Source of the DNA: a virus
Taxonomy: Duplodnaviria > Caudoviricetes
Length of the DNA stretch: 40,763 bases
IMG/VR virus record: IMGVR_UViG_3300020403_000029
Coordinates: 1-40,763 of that record
Direction: 5' to 3' (one strand)
Part shown: positions 25,401 to 34,850 of the stretch, in pieces
How the letters are laid out: each line of letters begins with the position of its first letter
Numbering within the stretch: position 1 is the stretch's first letter
Position numbers and translations under genes: made by a program
The notes under the pieces: model-generated
Database searches by the model: none
What the model saw: only the letters and a program-made list of their open reading frames with translations
What the model was told of the DNA's origin: nothing

Positions 25401-27533
25401 TGCAGATTCTTCACCTGCAAACAAAGCTGCTTTTTCTTGTAAATTACCTTCTAGAGATCCTACATTTACAATTTTTCCAGCTTCATTTTTATACTGAATC
25501 GCACCATTTCCAATAAGTTGTTGAATAACGTATAAAGTATAAAAAAGTCTAGTTTTAGAAGTATTACCCTTTGAACTCCTCCATTTTTCTCTAACTTGCC
25601 CATGAACTTTTAAAATTGTGCTAATGGTCTGCAGTTTGCCTTTTTTCTTTGGATCTGTGTTAGCATTAAATTCGCTAACAACAGCTTGTACTTTACTTGT
25701 TATTTGTCCTATTCCAAAAGTAAAGCCTTTTATAGCTTTGCTTTTGTCTGGTTTACCGTTTTTATTTATTCCAGCTAATTGGTTAATTTGATTAATAAGT
25801 CTGTTAGCACGTCTTTCCACTTGTTTTGTACCAATTAGTTTAGGTTGGTCTGTTTCAAAAGTAATTGATCTTATTTCAATTGGGCCTTTCATTGCTATTG
25901 AAAGATCTATATTCACTTGACCGTTTGCATCAATGCTATAAGAAGAATTTGTTACAATATATTTTTCGTAAATCTTATTTGTATCTAAAAACTCTGCAAA
26001 ATAGTTTGTATCTTTTCCAAACTTAAAAGTTTCTTCTAGAGTCTTTTTCATGTTCGACATTGCATCCATATGTGACCAGCCGTACTGAATTGCAATTTCT
26101 GCGCCAAAAGATCCAAAAAGATCTGGTTTTATAAAAGGTGCAATATCTGCCATTCTTGTTTTGTCATGCAAAATCATTGAAAGTCTGCCTGTTTTAAAAG
26201 ACATAAGGCCAGCAGTTGGAGCAATATCAACGTTAAAACTTTTAATTGTTAAAAAAGGTTTTGTGTAGTCATGAACAATATTGTTTCTTTCAAATATTCC
26301 TGAAGATGCTTTAACAATTTGGTTTTCTGAGTCTGAATAAGACTCTTGATGACCTACAAAAGTTTCATCAAAATTTACAGCTGTCTGAGGCATTGTAAAA
26401 GCTGATAGGTTTGTTTCAACGGCAGGTTGTCTAATAATTTTATCTAGAGTCTTGGCATCTTCTTTTATGTAAGAAGCTTCTAAGACTTTATAAGTCTGCC
26501 CAATTGCATCGTCAGAAATAGGTGATCCTTTTAGAAAACTAGTTACAGATGCTGTTTTGTATATTTTGCTGCTTTTTGTTGTTACAAATTCAGGTAATAA
26601 AAACTTTACATCAAGATAAGGGTAACATTTACTAAGTTCAAATGTACTTAAGTTATTTAAAAAAGTTGCAATTTCTAAACTGTTTTTTGTACCAGTTCTA
26701 ATTTGAGGATTGTTCATTAAAATATATGACAAACTTGTATTATCTTTACCCATTTGCAGTTGACCACTACTATCAACTTTATTTAAATATGATAATGTAA
26801 TATTACCTTCAGCGTCAACGTCTCCTCGAGTTTTATCTCCTATATTTTCTTTTAGCTTTGATTCTACAACATTCTTAACAGTAAAAATTTTGTCTCTTTT
26901 TAAAGTAGAATCTGTAAATAATGTTACTTCTTCATTTCTTTCAAGATCTTTGTCATATGCAATTAAGCCAAACTGTTCTTGATGTTTAAAATATTTAAAA
27001 GGTTTACTATTAATAGTTACATCTTTTTTTTGCGGCATTAGTTTTTTGATGCAAAAGTTTGTATCTGAGAGTAGGGTTGAAGTGGGTGGACCAGAACCAT
27101 TAAAATCAGTAACTATTTTATAGTCTTCATGCACAAACTTTATATATTGAGAAATATACGCAATAATTGATTCTTTATAATCTACTTGTTTGTCTAAAGG
27201 TGCTCCATTTTCTATAACAAATTTATTGCATTGATCGTATATTGTTTCAAGTATTTCTTTTGTCGTTGCTGCGTTTGTTGTCATTGTGTGGAAAACTGTA
27301 GTTAAAACTTGTGCAGATATTTGTTTTAGTTTTTCTATATCAGCAGCTTCAAATTTTTGACCAGAGCTTGACCAAGATTCAAAAAAACTAGTTTTCTGAG
27401 TAGCTTGTGTACTTTGCGAAGTCTGTGGCTCAAGCATTTTACGCATGACATCATCACCTGACAACATAGGCGTATATTTTTGTATATTTGAAAGTCTTAC
27501 AAAAGGTTGTGAAAGTGATTGACTACCACTCAT
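22449..27533 (-). CDS. large baseplate hub protein (gp27/gpD-like) with extensions
   Basis: IQYGWSH, YIVTNSSYSIDANGQVNIDLSI, VTIFGCPFINFAQYLFLDF...YIVTGLKHDITPGKFTTTLTL; position after the LysM wedge gene. Confidence 0.7.
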   Translation of the reverse strand: MSGSQSLSQPFVRLSNIQKYTPMLSGDDVMRKMLEPQTSQSTQATQKTSFFESWSSSGQKFEAADIEKLKQISAQVLTTVFHTMTTNAATTKEILETIYDQCNKFVIENGAPLDKQVDYKESIIAYISQYIKFVHEDYKIVTDFNGSGPPTSTLLSDTNFCIKKLMPQKKDVTINSKPFKYFKHQEQFGLIAYDKDLERNEEVTLFTDSTLKRDKIFTVKNVVESKLKENIGDKTRGDVDAEGNITLSYLNKVDSSGQLQMGKDNTSLSYILMNNPQIRTGTKNSLEIATFLNNLSTFELSKCYPYLDVKFLLPEFVTTKSSKIYKTASVTSFLKGSPISDDAIGQTYKVLEASYIKEDAKTLDKIIRQPAVETNLSAFTMPQTAVNFDETFVGHQESYSDSENQIVKASSGIFERNNIVHDYTKPFLTIKSFNVDIAPTAGLMSFKTGRLSMILHDKTRMADIAPFIKPDLFGSFGAEIAIQYGWSHMDAMSNMKKTLEETFKFGKDTNYFAEFLDTNKIYEKYIVTNSSYSIDANGQVNIDLSIAMKGPIEIRSITFETDQPKLIGTKQVERRANRLINQINQLAGINKNGKPDKSKAIKGFTFGIGQITSKVQAVVSEFNANTDPKKKGKLQTISTILKVHGQVREKWRSSKGNTSKTRLFYTLYVIQQLIGNGAIQYKNEAGKIVNVGSLEGNLQEKAALFAGEESATKKTAKAATATATTSTPATSTPATAPAAAPAKSTTLLSSTVPDSDIAKLNSWYNSFIRLVNSANNAVSRSRRDLNQTIKTLLTKFTGGLSVEDPFFDKQNFSDIEMIKDKSVKAEFELESKLYCTTIKGIDIAPSGNKNLTKYVSLGNFILALLGSHTAYTGKFDEIQIISYTLNSHAGLAANSNISSLLIDKEQLESFIYELFSNGAQYTLESLFMQIVKKFVTTRFCVNYGLSDFYTLDENNNVVPKGEKKPSEFEVNVNERIQKIHEYRQKRYSGSASLVRNIKFVMPKIKFLFDSMTRESGEITVLRISVIDQNDNPFQSTQQILTNISENGLQSAIYDINKRFIELKSKAKEGVRDIDKQKHEYIQKNEEVFKMLEREGIIVKSPKGEYVLKSSINEGDLSVGIKNNLKTMMPSITYGTNNSAVLEASVSTINEAKLNTVYITRPNRNSAPIKSKVKYAQDLPLRILPSQVNVTIFGCPFINFAQYLFLDFETNTTVDNQYIVTGLKHDITPGKFTTTLTLAYGDAYGKYETIVDTLNRVQKEIETGEVVTDKTVITKEGVSVIADVKTEYDLTNSLKIEKLFPKLSEADEKALGWHSADSISMEGIQGNVNESKMQSAIFVGIDQPIELMGHRTSEKDLFSYKMTIEEELMSYYPGSAMAFTPDPEPDEAFTSSEPETDQKILYDYYRYVIFLDNMKYFYSTIQNNNNNFYIIDITEKITKQFPNQDTDIDSRQIDLEYNFYKSQFFTKKSMRVLGEWSYDFNYPKIDTSSGGMKEATFAEPGRPSVTFKYRDINLERPDILVLLDLNGNEIKFTPKVITTHFKEGDNLVSRDTDKDKIIFDFFINNLEFFYDLQILMNRKYIVLSYKDDVKKLNFNIEKFLDVIKKDPEQSVYNKLSLLVNNKIDKNLTYAIETEKKKKRKKDKGGFNLKSIDLDFKNNKIDLSFKSKNKVYVTKKGKIHIEVGFSIDLKKFVIED
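25300..25395 (-). repeat. low-complexity Ala/Thr/Pro linker inside the hub protein
   Basis: TAKAATATATTSTPATSTPATAPAAAPAKSTT; GTTGCT and GCTGGTGCTG repeats on the plus strand. Confidence 0.8.
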
Positions 27534-27535
27534 AT

Positions 27536-27841
27536 TTATACTCCTCTACTCTTTAAAGCTTGAACTTCTGATAATTCAGGAATATAAAGTATAACTCCAC
27601 TTTTAACGTTTTCACCGCTACCTTCATTTTTTGTTAAATTAAACCACCACCCAATTCCACTAGCAGCAGCAATTATCCACCAATTAAGACTTTCACCATA
27701 GTATTCATAAGCATATTGATCTAATCTTTTTGAACCATCAGCAACTACTTTATCTTTAATTACAATAAGATCATTATTAACTAAGTGATATAGCATATTT
27801 GCTACACTTTTACCATTTATATCGTATCTGTCAATAATCAT
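27536..27841 (-). CDS. LysM-like baseplate wedge protein (T4 gp53 / P2 gpX-like)
   Basis: RLDQYAYEYYGESLNWWIIAAASGI...GVILYIP. Confidence 0.8.
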   Translation of the reverse strand: MIIDRYDINGKSVANMLYHLVNNDLIVIKDKVVADGSKRLDQYAYEYYGESLNWWIIAAASGIGWWFNLTKNEGSGENVKSGVILYIPELSEVQALKSRGV

Positions 27842-27844
27842 TCT

Positions 27845-30583
27845 TTAACCTTTTTTATATCTACTATTTTCAAGATCTCTTAGTTTTATAAGTGCATTTT
27901 GTATACCACTGTTTTTAACTTCACCGTCATGTGGATCTCCAAAAAATGCATTGTTAACTCTGCCTACATTATAAGCAGGTGCTCTCATCATTCCATTATG
28001 ATCTATACCAGGTACAATATCATGTATTGGTGCAAAGTTAATTGTTACCTTAACAAGCATAGGAGCTTTTGATCCAATTCTTGTTGTTTCCCAATTACTA
28101 TCACCGTAATTCATGTCTAGTTGTGTGATAAATCCGGCAATACCTCGACTCATTCCACTTTCATAAGAAGCTGTTATTGGATTATTACTTGTTAAAGAGT
28201 TTTCATCACCATCGACTGTCTTAAAAGGTTTCATAATAGAATTACGATCTTCTGGAGTTGCCCCAAGAGTTTTTATATTTGTACTGTGTGAGTTTATTTT
28301 TATAAGTTTGCTTTTACTAACTAACAAGTTTTTGTCTAAAAGACTTTTAGGCGCACCTCCTCTATCACCTGAAGGCTCTAGTTCATCTTGTTGTATAATA
28401 CTGACTACAATAGAACTTCCAAGATTGTCGTTTGAACTTACTAGTTTAACTTTAACTGGGTCATCAATTTTAACGTAGCTTTTTTCTTCTAATTTGCCGC
28501 CATCAATAAAAGAAATACCAAAAAGATCTACAGACTTAGGTTCTATAGCATAATAGCCAGCATTTAGTTGGTATACTGCATCATCAGCGTCAAACTCTTC
28601 ATGAATGTCAGAATTGTCATCTAAAGACTCATATACACCAAATATTCTACTTAGAGAAGATCTACTATAATTGCTTTTTAAAACGTCACCTAGTCTAATT
28701 CTTACGAGAGGTGAAGCTGTTGGAACTTGTGTAAAAGGATAAGTAAATTTTTGCTCACCTTCGTTTGTATTTGCTGCATAACCTTCTGACCATTGTGGAT
28801 ATACTAGTGTGACAAGTTTATTGATTTGATACCACATGAAATCATGATCTTCTTCAGAAGTTGCTGCAATCGTAAAAGAAAGATTTATGTTTCTAGTTGT
28901 TTTTATATAAGATTTTACGTCATCAATTCTGCCAAAACCACTTGCTGAGTTGTACTCTGGATTAAATGAATCTGATATGCTTTCTATAAATGCATGAAAG
29001 CTTAAAATTTCATTTGTTCTTACATCATGAATATAAAAAGGTACATATTCACTCTCCAAATAGTCTTCTATTTTCCTTACAATTTCTTTTGGAAGTCTTC
29101 TTTTGTGTCTATCTTCTTTTTTATTTACATAAAAGTTTTGTGATATACTAGCAGGTATTTGATTTTCTCCAGACTCTGTTAGATAAAGCCGAAAATTATA
29201 AGAAAGGTTTAATAAGTTAGGCAAAGATCTTAATCTAGTTGTCATGCCAGGTTTTGATCCTGGAAATTCACCAGGCTTATCAGACATACTTGTTGACCAC
29301 ATATACCGATCATTCATCTCCCCAGATTCACTAAAGCCAAATAGATCTTGTTCTAATACTGACATTCTGTTACCTGAGACTCTGGTTAAAGGACTTTGTG
29401 GTTCTGCAGGATTTAAATAAGTTTTTTTATAGGCATATCTATTTAGTAGCTTTAAACCTATATGCATTCTTTCAATTGCGAATCTTGTATAATAATAATC
29501 CATTGAAACAAAAAACTCTAATTCTTCGTTTTTCTTTTTTGCAAATAACTCAGACTTCCAAGCTGCTTCTTGTTTAAACTTTTTCATTAATAGAAAAAGT
29601 CTTTTTTGTCCAGAAGAAGATGTCAAACTCGTAAATAAAGAGTCAAGTGCTGCAATTGCAATATTTAGCAAAGATGCTACTAGTCCACCGGCTAAGGCAA
29701 ATTGATTTTGAATACCGAGAAGATCTAAAAAGTTTTCTTTTGTTCTTGTTCCGGCCTGAATTCTATTTGTTTCTTCAACTATTTTATTTATATCAATTGC
29801 AGCATCTGGTGAAAACCATTCTGAGACACCAACAAAAAATGCCGTAATTCTTTTAAGAAAATTTGAGTGATCTTTCGGATAATTTAAGACGTCAAAAACA
29901 TATTTACTAAATATATCAAATTCAACAATTGAATATTTTCCTAGCCTTAAGTTATATTTTTCAACAAGTCTTGTATCGACTGACACATTATCGTTTAACA
30001 ATTCGTTTAACAACGTAATTGCTTCCAACGTTCCTAGTATAGCTATCATTTCAGCAAAATATTCTAACAAGAAAACAAAATCACTTCCAAAAAAAGTATC
30101 TTTATCACTAAAAACATAACCAGTAAGCATTTCAAATTCTTTTGCAAAGAGTCTAGGCTCACCGTTATTAGTTGTATCACTAAAATGATACATTGATTTA
30201 AAAGAATCTTTTGATCCTGTTTGATCGTCGACAAATCCAAATGAGTTGCTATTAGGACTAGAGCCGATTACACTTTCGTTTCCAGCCTGATTGTTTGGGT
30301 TAAACGGGCTAAAACCAAGTTCAACATTAAAGTCTGATGTTGCGTAAATTGCTTGACTCGCAGATTCTCTTGATATTTCTTCTATTTGAGTAATAGGATT
30401 GTTTTTTGAGATAAACGTGACACCAGTATTAGCGTTATTAGATATTAAATCACTATTTGTTTTTTTAGTTTCTGAAAACACTCCTTCATTAAACTCTTTT
30501 GCTCCAAAACCTCTATCGAAACCTTCGTCAGTCTTTTCGATAATAACTTCACCAGATGGGTCTAGAATGTATTTAGTAGCCAT
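27845..30583 (-). CDS. baseplate/tail-tube initiator-like protein with long N-terminal extension
   Basis: FHAFIESISDSFNPEY..GFGRIDDVKSY..TTRNINLSF, NKLVTLVYPQW, SPLVRIRLGD, GFITQL...WET...APMLVKVTINFAPIHD. Confidence 0.7.
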   Translation of the reverse strand: MATKYILDPSGEVIIEKTDEGFDRGFGAKEFNEGVFSETKKTNSDLISNNANTGVTFISKNNPITQIEEISRESASQAIYATSDFNVELGFSPFNPNNQAGNESVIGSSPNSNSFGFVDDQTGSKDSFKSMYHFSDTTNNGEPRLFAKEFEMLTGYVFSDKDTFFGSDFVFLLEYFAEMIAILGTLEAITLLNELLNDNVSVDTRLVEKYNLRLGKYSIVEFDIFSKYVFDVLNYPKDHSNFLKRITAFFVGVSEWFSPDAAIDINKIVEETNRIQAGTRTKENFLDLLGIQNQFALAGGLVASLLNIAIAALDSLFTSLTSSSGQKRLFLLMKKFKQEAAWKSELFAKKKNEELEFFVSMDYYYTRFAIERMHIGLKLLNRYAYKKTYLNPAEPQSPLTRVSGNRMSVLEQDLFGFSESGEMNDRYMWSTSMSDKPGEFPGSKPGMTTRLRSLPNLLNLSYNFRLYLTESGENQIPASISQNFYVNKKEDRHKRRLPKEIVRKIEDYLESEYVPFYIHDVRTNEILSFHAFIESISDSFNPEYNSASGFGRIDDVKSYIKTTRNINLSFTIAATSEEDHDFMWYQINKLVTLVYPQWSEGYAANTNEGEQKFTYPFTQVPTASPLVRIRLGDVLKSNYSRSSLSRIFGVYESLDDNSDIHEEFDADDAVYQLNAGYYAIEPKSVDLFGISFIDGGKLEEKSYVKIDDPVKVKLVSSNDNLGSSIVVSIIQQDELEPSGDRGGAPKSLLDKNLLVSKSKLIKINSHSTNIKTLGATPEDRNSIMKPFKTVDGDENSLTSNNPITASYESGMSRGIAGFITQLDMNYGDSNWETTRIGSKAPMLVKVTINFAPIHDIVPGIDHNGMMRAPAYNVGRVNNAFFGDPHDGEVKNSGIQNALIKLRDLENSRYKKG

Positions 30584-30585
30584 TT

Positions 30586-30843
30586 TTATTTATCCTTGAT
30601 TATTTTATCACTAATTTGAGAAATATCAACGTCAGATAAACGTCGTAACTTATTAAATTCTTCTGGCTTCATATCACCTGATGAAAAAGACTTCCCAATA
30701 TTATTTATTCTTTGTTTAATTTTTTCATCAAGGTAAAGTTTAATTTTGTCTTCGTCAATTCCTGACTTTTTTGCAAAAGACTTTGCTAACGACTCAGTTA
30801 ACTTTAAATTATTTATAATTTCTATTACATCAATTTCTTTCAT
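30586..30843 (-). CDS. hypothetical protein
   Basis: 85 aa ORF between tail genes. Confidence 0.6.
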   Translation of the reverse strand: MKEIDVIEIINNLKLTESLAKSFAKKSGIDEDKIKLYLDEKIKQRINNIGKSFSSGDMKPEEFNKLRRLSDVDISQISDKIIKDK

Positions 30844-30854
30844 AATAAACTTTC

Positions 30855-33800
30855 TTAACCAAGTTCACCTTCTGGATACGGATCACTTGCAAAAACACTT
30901 GGTCGACCATCTTGACCACTTGAAGAATTAGTACTTTCACCAGAGAAATAAAGTGTGTCACGTGAAACAATATCATGTCTTGACAAACTTGATCTTAAAT
31001 TACCATTTTTAATTAAATCATGCGCTAGCTTTTCTAATTGAACTACTACTTCGTTCTTTTTGCTTTTTGCTATTTCTTTAAGCTCATCAAATTTTTTACT
31101 TGCAGCTGCATGCTCTTCTTCTATGCTTCCTGTATTAGCAACTACTTTGTTTTCATCAAATAAGCTTGTAATGTTTGATGATGCTTGTGTTGCTGATCCT
31201 GTCATTGATTTTAAGTTGTTAAATATTGTATCTATTGCCCCTCCAGGCTTTGCAACCATAGCGTCTTGTACAATTTCTCTATCTTGCAATAAAGCTGATC
31301 TTTCTGGATAGAAATTCATAAATGCTTTCATAAAGCCAAGACCATTTTCGTCGAGTCGTCTGTTATAATACTGACCATCGAGTCCTGATATAATAGTATT
31401 AGCAGTACTAACTTGGCTAGGAATATTTGGATTTGTCTTTTCTAACTGACTAATAACTGTAGATATAGATTCACCTACAAGAGCATGAACTTGAGTAGCC
31501 ATAAAATTTTTATCACTATCACTTGAATATGCTGCTGAATTTTTCATGAATCTTGCTGCTTCTTGCAAATAAGTACTGTTATTCCTATCGATGCCGATGT
31601 CTTCAAATGAATCAGCATTAACAATTCTCCCAACACCCTGCGCGTAGTTGCTCAACATATTTAAATAACTGTCTTTAATCTTTGGGTGAATAAAACTGTT
31701 TTTGTCTTTATTTAACGCTTCTTCTACATGATCATAAAGAACTTGTGAGCTATTAGCTTGTCTTATAAATTGTGAATAAATAAATTGATCAAAAGCATTC
31801 ATTCTTTTTTTTCTCTTTCGACGACCTTCATCAGTATCAGCAAATGCTGACATTGCTGCTGGTGTTATATCGTCATAACCTGCTACTGCCTGTAGCATAG
31901 TTAAAAGTTTATAGTCTTCTTGACCAATATCATCTCTTATAGCTTTGCTTTCTAAATTTTTAGCTGCCTTTGCAATTTCAGACCCGGGTGTTGCCAGTGC
32001 CTGAACATTTCCTAATTTTAAAGCAAAACTTTCTTGTGAAGCTTGATCGCTGGCATCAAAACTACCTGCATCAACACCTCCGCGTCCTCTTTGCTTTTTT
32101 ATCATATCTCTTTCTGTAAAGCCTTTTTTACCTACTTTTTTATTATAAAGAACATCTGAAATTGACATTTTTCCAAAGAATCCTGGCAGTATTCTTCTTC
32201 CAACACCTTTTAGCGCAAACCAAAAAGTTTCTGCTAAAGCTGCAGTTAAGTCTGCAAACTGTCCTAAAAACCAGCCTCCAATTGATGTTATCTTGTCTGT
32301 TTGAGTTAGTAAACCTGTAAAAGCAGAAATTACTTCGTCTAATAGTTGATCTAACTCACCAGGTTGCCAATCAAAAAATGACTCAAAGAATGTTTTTCCT
32401 TGATCAACAAGCGACATTTCGCCAGAATTTTTTAAAATATCTGTTATAGTATTTAAACCCGCAGCCAAAAATATACCTGCACCTTTAATAATACCACCCA
32501 TAACTGAACCTGAAAGATCAAAAAACTTGGCAAAATTATCGCTATTTGCATCGAGAGAATTTTTAAGCCGATCTTCAACTGTCGAAACCATATAACTACC
32601 ATCAGCATTAGATTCAACTCTATCTAAAGAAGAAAACTTATACTTGTCGCCAAATTCTTTTGCTAATTTTTCATATTCAGCATTTATTTGAGGATTATTT
32701 ACACCCTGTCTTCTAAATTCTTTTAAGAAAGACAAAAACATATCACCACTTACTTTGCCTTTATACTTCTTTTTATATTCAGTATATAACTCTTTAGCTT
32801 TACTTCCAGCGGCAAAACTTTTTTCCATGTTGTTTAAATCTGTAACAAATTGGGCATTTTTACTTTTGTCTCTATTTAAAACACTTTCTCTGACTTCATA
32901 GTAAATCTTGTCAACGTCTGTAATTCCAAAAGCATAAGTTGCAATATCTCCAAAAGACTGAACTAAAGATACTAATCCACCTTTAAAAGCTGAAGAATTG
33001 AAAATGTCTCTCATTATATTAACAATTAATATAACAGGTTCAGTTAATGCATCAACTGTATCTTTATCAAGATTTAAAGCAAAGTCATGAATCATTTGAT
33101 ATGTATTGCTCAAAGACATAAATGCTTTTCTTGCACTTTTAGAAGCAGCTGAGTTTTTGCCTAAACCTTTTAAAAATGCTTCAAAAGGACTACTAAAATT
33201 CATAACTTTTTGAAGCATTTTCATAGCTGATGATAGTTCTTTAATAGCTTTGAGTTGCTGTGCCTCTGGTGTCTGGTCTTTCATAGCATTTACAGCTTCA
33301 CTATGAGTTAAACCTTTATCACGTAATGTCATTAAAGCTTTAAGACTCTCTTGAGTCATGCCAGTTTGATCTGCAAGAATTCCTTTTTCAAACCTATTAA
33401 GTTCATCAAAAGTCCTTCCAGTTGCAATCATTCCGTCTCTAAACATGTTTATAATATCTTCTGGACTATTGGCTTGGATTATGTCCATGGCATCGAGATT
33501 CATGCCAAATGTTTGAGAAAGCATTGCAACAGAGTTTGCTGCGTCTTCAAAAGTATTAAATTTCTTAAAAACATTTGCAGCATCTTCTACGGACACTTTC
33601 ATCTGTGTTAGTCGCGCTGTCATACCTAAGAGTTCATCATTTGAAAGATGAGAAAACAAAGCTATATCTACTCTTAGTTTATTAAAATTAAGCATTAATC
33701 TTTTACTGTCAATGCCATATTCTTTACCAACTTCATTTGCTTTAATCGCAATTTCCCCTACTAAACTACTTACGTTTCTTAATTGTATTCCTGCATCTTG

Positions 33801-34850
33801 TGCATAGTAAGCTTCTTGTTCAGCTGTTAATCCCATTATTCTTTTAATTCTAGTATAGTGAAACAGTGCTTCTTTGTTTTTGGTTATAGTTTGAGCAAAG
33901 TATTCTGAATAGTGTCCCATATTCTTTATACTTTCAGTTGTCTCTTTTACCATGTTTGCAATACCGCTTGCACCTTCACCAAAAAGCTTGACAGCAGATG
34001 AATTATAATTTTCAAAAGTTTTAAGCATACCAATTCCTATATTGGCAACTCTTTTAATTCCTCGACCAATAGAAGAAAGAGAATCAAAAAATTCTTTTGA
34101 ATCTTCAGCTGCTTGTCCAATTGTGACTACAATATCCTGTCTTAAAGCATTACCTAATTTAGCAACTCTATCTAAAACCATAAAAGGTAACGTCATAGCA
34201 GTTTTAAAAAAATTACTCAGCAAGCCAACCATACTACCGAGAATTTTTAAAAAGCCTATAGCTCCAACAGTAGCCATTTTTAAAGCTTTTGCAAATTTGT
34301 TGCTAGCACTAGCAGCTTCTTCTGATTTTTTAACAAACTCATTATGAGACTTAGTTAGTTCTCCGAGAGAGCTATTCATTTTAGACAAACTATTTAAGTT
34401 TGTTTTATTTGCTTTGTATAACTTTTCAAGTCCTTCTTTATTTGATTTAAAAGCTGCATCAAAAGATTTAATATTTTCTGTTGCAGCTTTACCTGCATCG
34501 TCTGCAGCATCTGTTAAATCTTTTGATGCTTGAGAAGCTGATTCATATTTCTCTTTAACGTTTTCCATGCTTTTTGAATATTCATCAAAATAGTTAACAA
34601 CTTTATTATTGTTAAGAGACTTTTCAATTTGAGTTGAAAATTGTAAAACTGTTTTTGATATATTTTGAGAAGAGCTTGTAATTTTTTCGTATGTCTGTGC
34701 TGACTGTCTAAAAGATTCAGTGACTTGACTTGCATATGTTGCTTGGTCTCTTGCAGAAGATGCATATGCATTCATTTTTGAATTTATTTGACTGAGCATT
34801 TCATTTAAGCTTTTTGCTAGCTCTACTTGACCCATTATTTCAGTGCTCAT
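30855..34850 (-). CDS. tape-measure-like protein 2
   Basis: 1331 aa, helical Ala/Lys/Ser-rich; FKKFNTFEDAANSVAMLSQTFGMNLDAM; position downstream of the chaperone genes. Confidence 0.75.
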   Translation of the reverse strand: MSTEIMGQVELAKSLNEMLSQINSKMNAYASSARDQATYASQVTESFRQSAQTYEKITSSSQNISKTVLQFSTQIEKSLNNNKVVNYFDEYSKSMENVKEKYESASQASKDLTDAADDAGKAATENIKSFDAAFKSNKEGLEKLYKANKTNLNSLSKMNSSLGELTKSHNEFVKKSEEAASASNKFAKALKMATVGAIGFLKILGSMVGLLSNFFKTAMTLPFMVLDRVAKLGNALRQDIVVTIGQAAEDSKEFFDSLSSIGRGIKRVANIGIGMLKTFENYNSSAVKLFGEGASGIANMVKETTESIKNMGHYSEYFAQTITKNKEALFHYTRIKRIMGLTAEQEAYYAQDAGIQLRNVSSLVGEIAIKANEVGKEYGIDSKRLMLNFNKLRVDIALFSHLSNDELLGMTARLTQMKVSVEDAANVFKKFNTFEDAANSVAMLSQTFGMNLDAMDIIQANSPEDIINMFRDGMIATGRTFDELNRFEKGILADQTGMTQESLKALMTLRDKGLTHSEAVNAMKDQTPEAQQLKAIKELSSAMKMLQKVMNFSSPFEAFLKGLGKNSAASKSARKAFMSLSNTYQMIHDFALNLDKDTVDALTEPVILIVNIMRDIFNSSAFKGGLVSLVQSFGDIATYAFGITDVDKIYYEVRESVLNRDKSKNAQFVTDLNNMEKSFAAGSKAKELYTEYKKKYKGKVSGDMFLSFLKEFRRQGVNNPQINAEYEKLAKEFGDKYKFSSLDRVESNADGSYMVSTVEDRLKNSLDANSDNFAKFFDLSGSVMGGIIKGAGIFLAAGLNTITDILKNSGEMSLVDQGKTFFESFFDWQPGELDQLLDEVISAFTGLLTQTDKITSIGGWFLGQFADLTAALAETFWFALKGVGRRILPGFFGKMSISDVLYNKKVGKKGFTERDMIKKQRGRGGVDAGSFDASDQASQESFALKLGNVQALATPGSEIAKAAKNLESKAIRDDIGQEDYKLLTMLQAVAGYDDITPAAMSAFADTDEGRRKRKKRMNAFDQFIYSQFIRQANSSQVLYDHVEEALNKDKNSFIHPKIKDSYLNMLSNYAQGVGRIVNADSFEDIGIDRNNSTYLQEAARFMKNSAAYSSDSDKNFMATQVHALVGESISTVISQLEKTNPNIPSQVSTANTIISGLDGQYYNRRLDENGLGFMKAFMNFYPERSALLQDREIVQDAMVAKPGGAIDTIFNNLKSMTGSATQASSNITSLFDENKVVANTGSIEEEHAAASKKFDELKEIAKSKKNEVVVQLEKLAHDLIKNGNLRSSLSRHDIVSRDTLYFSGESTNSSSGQDGRPSVFASDPYPEGELG

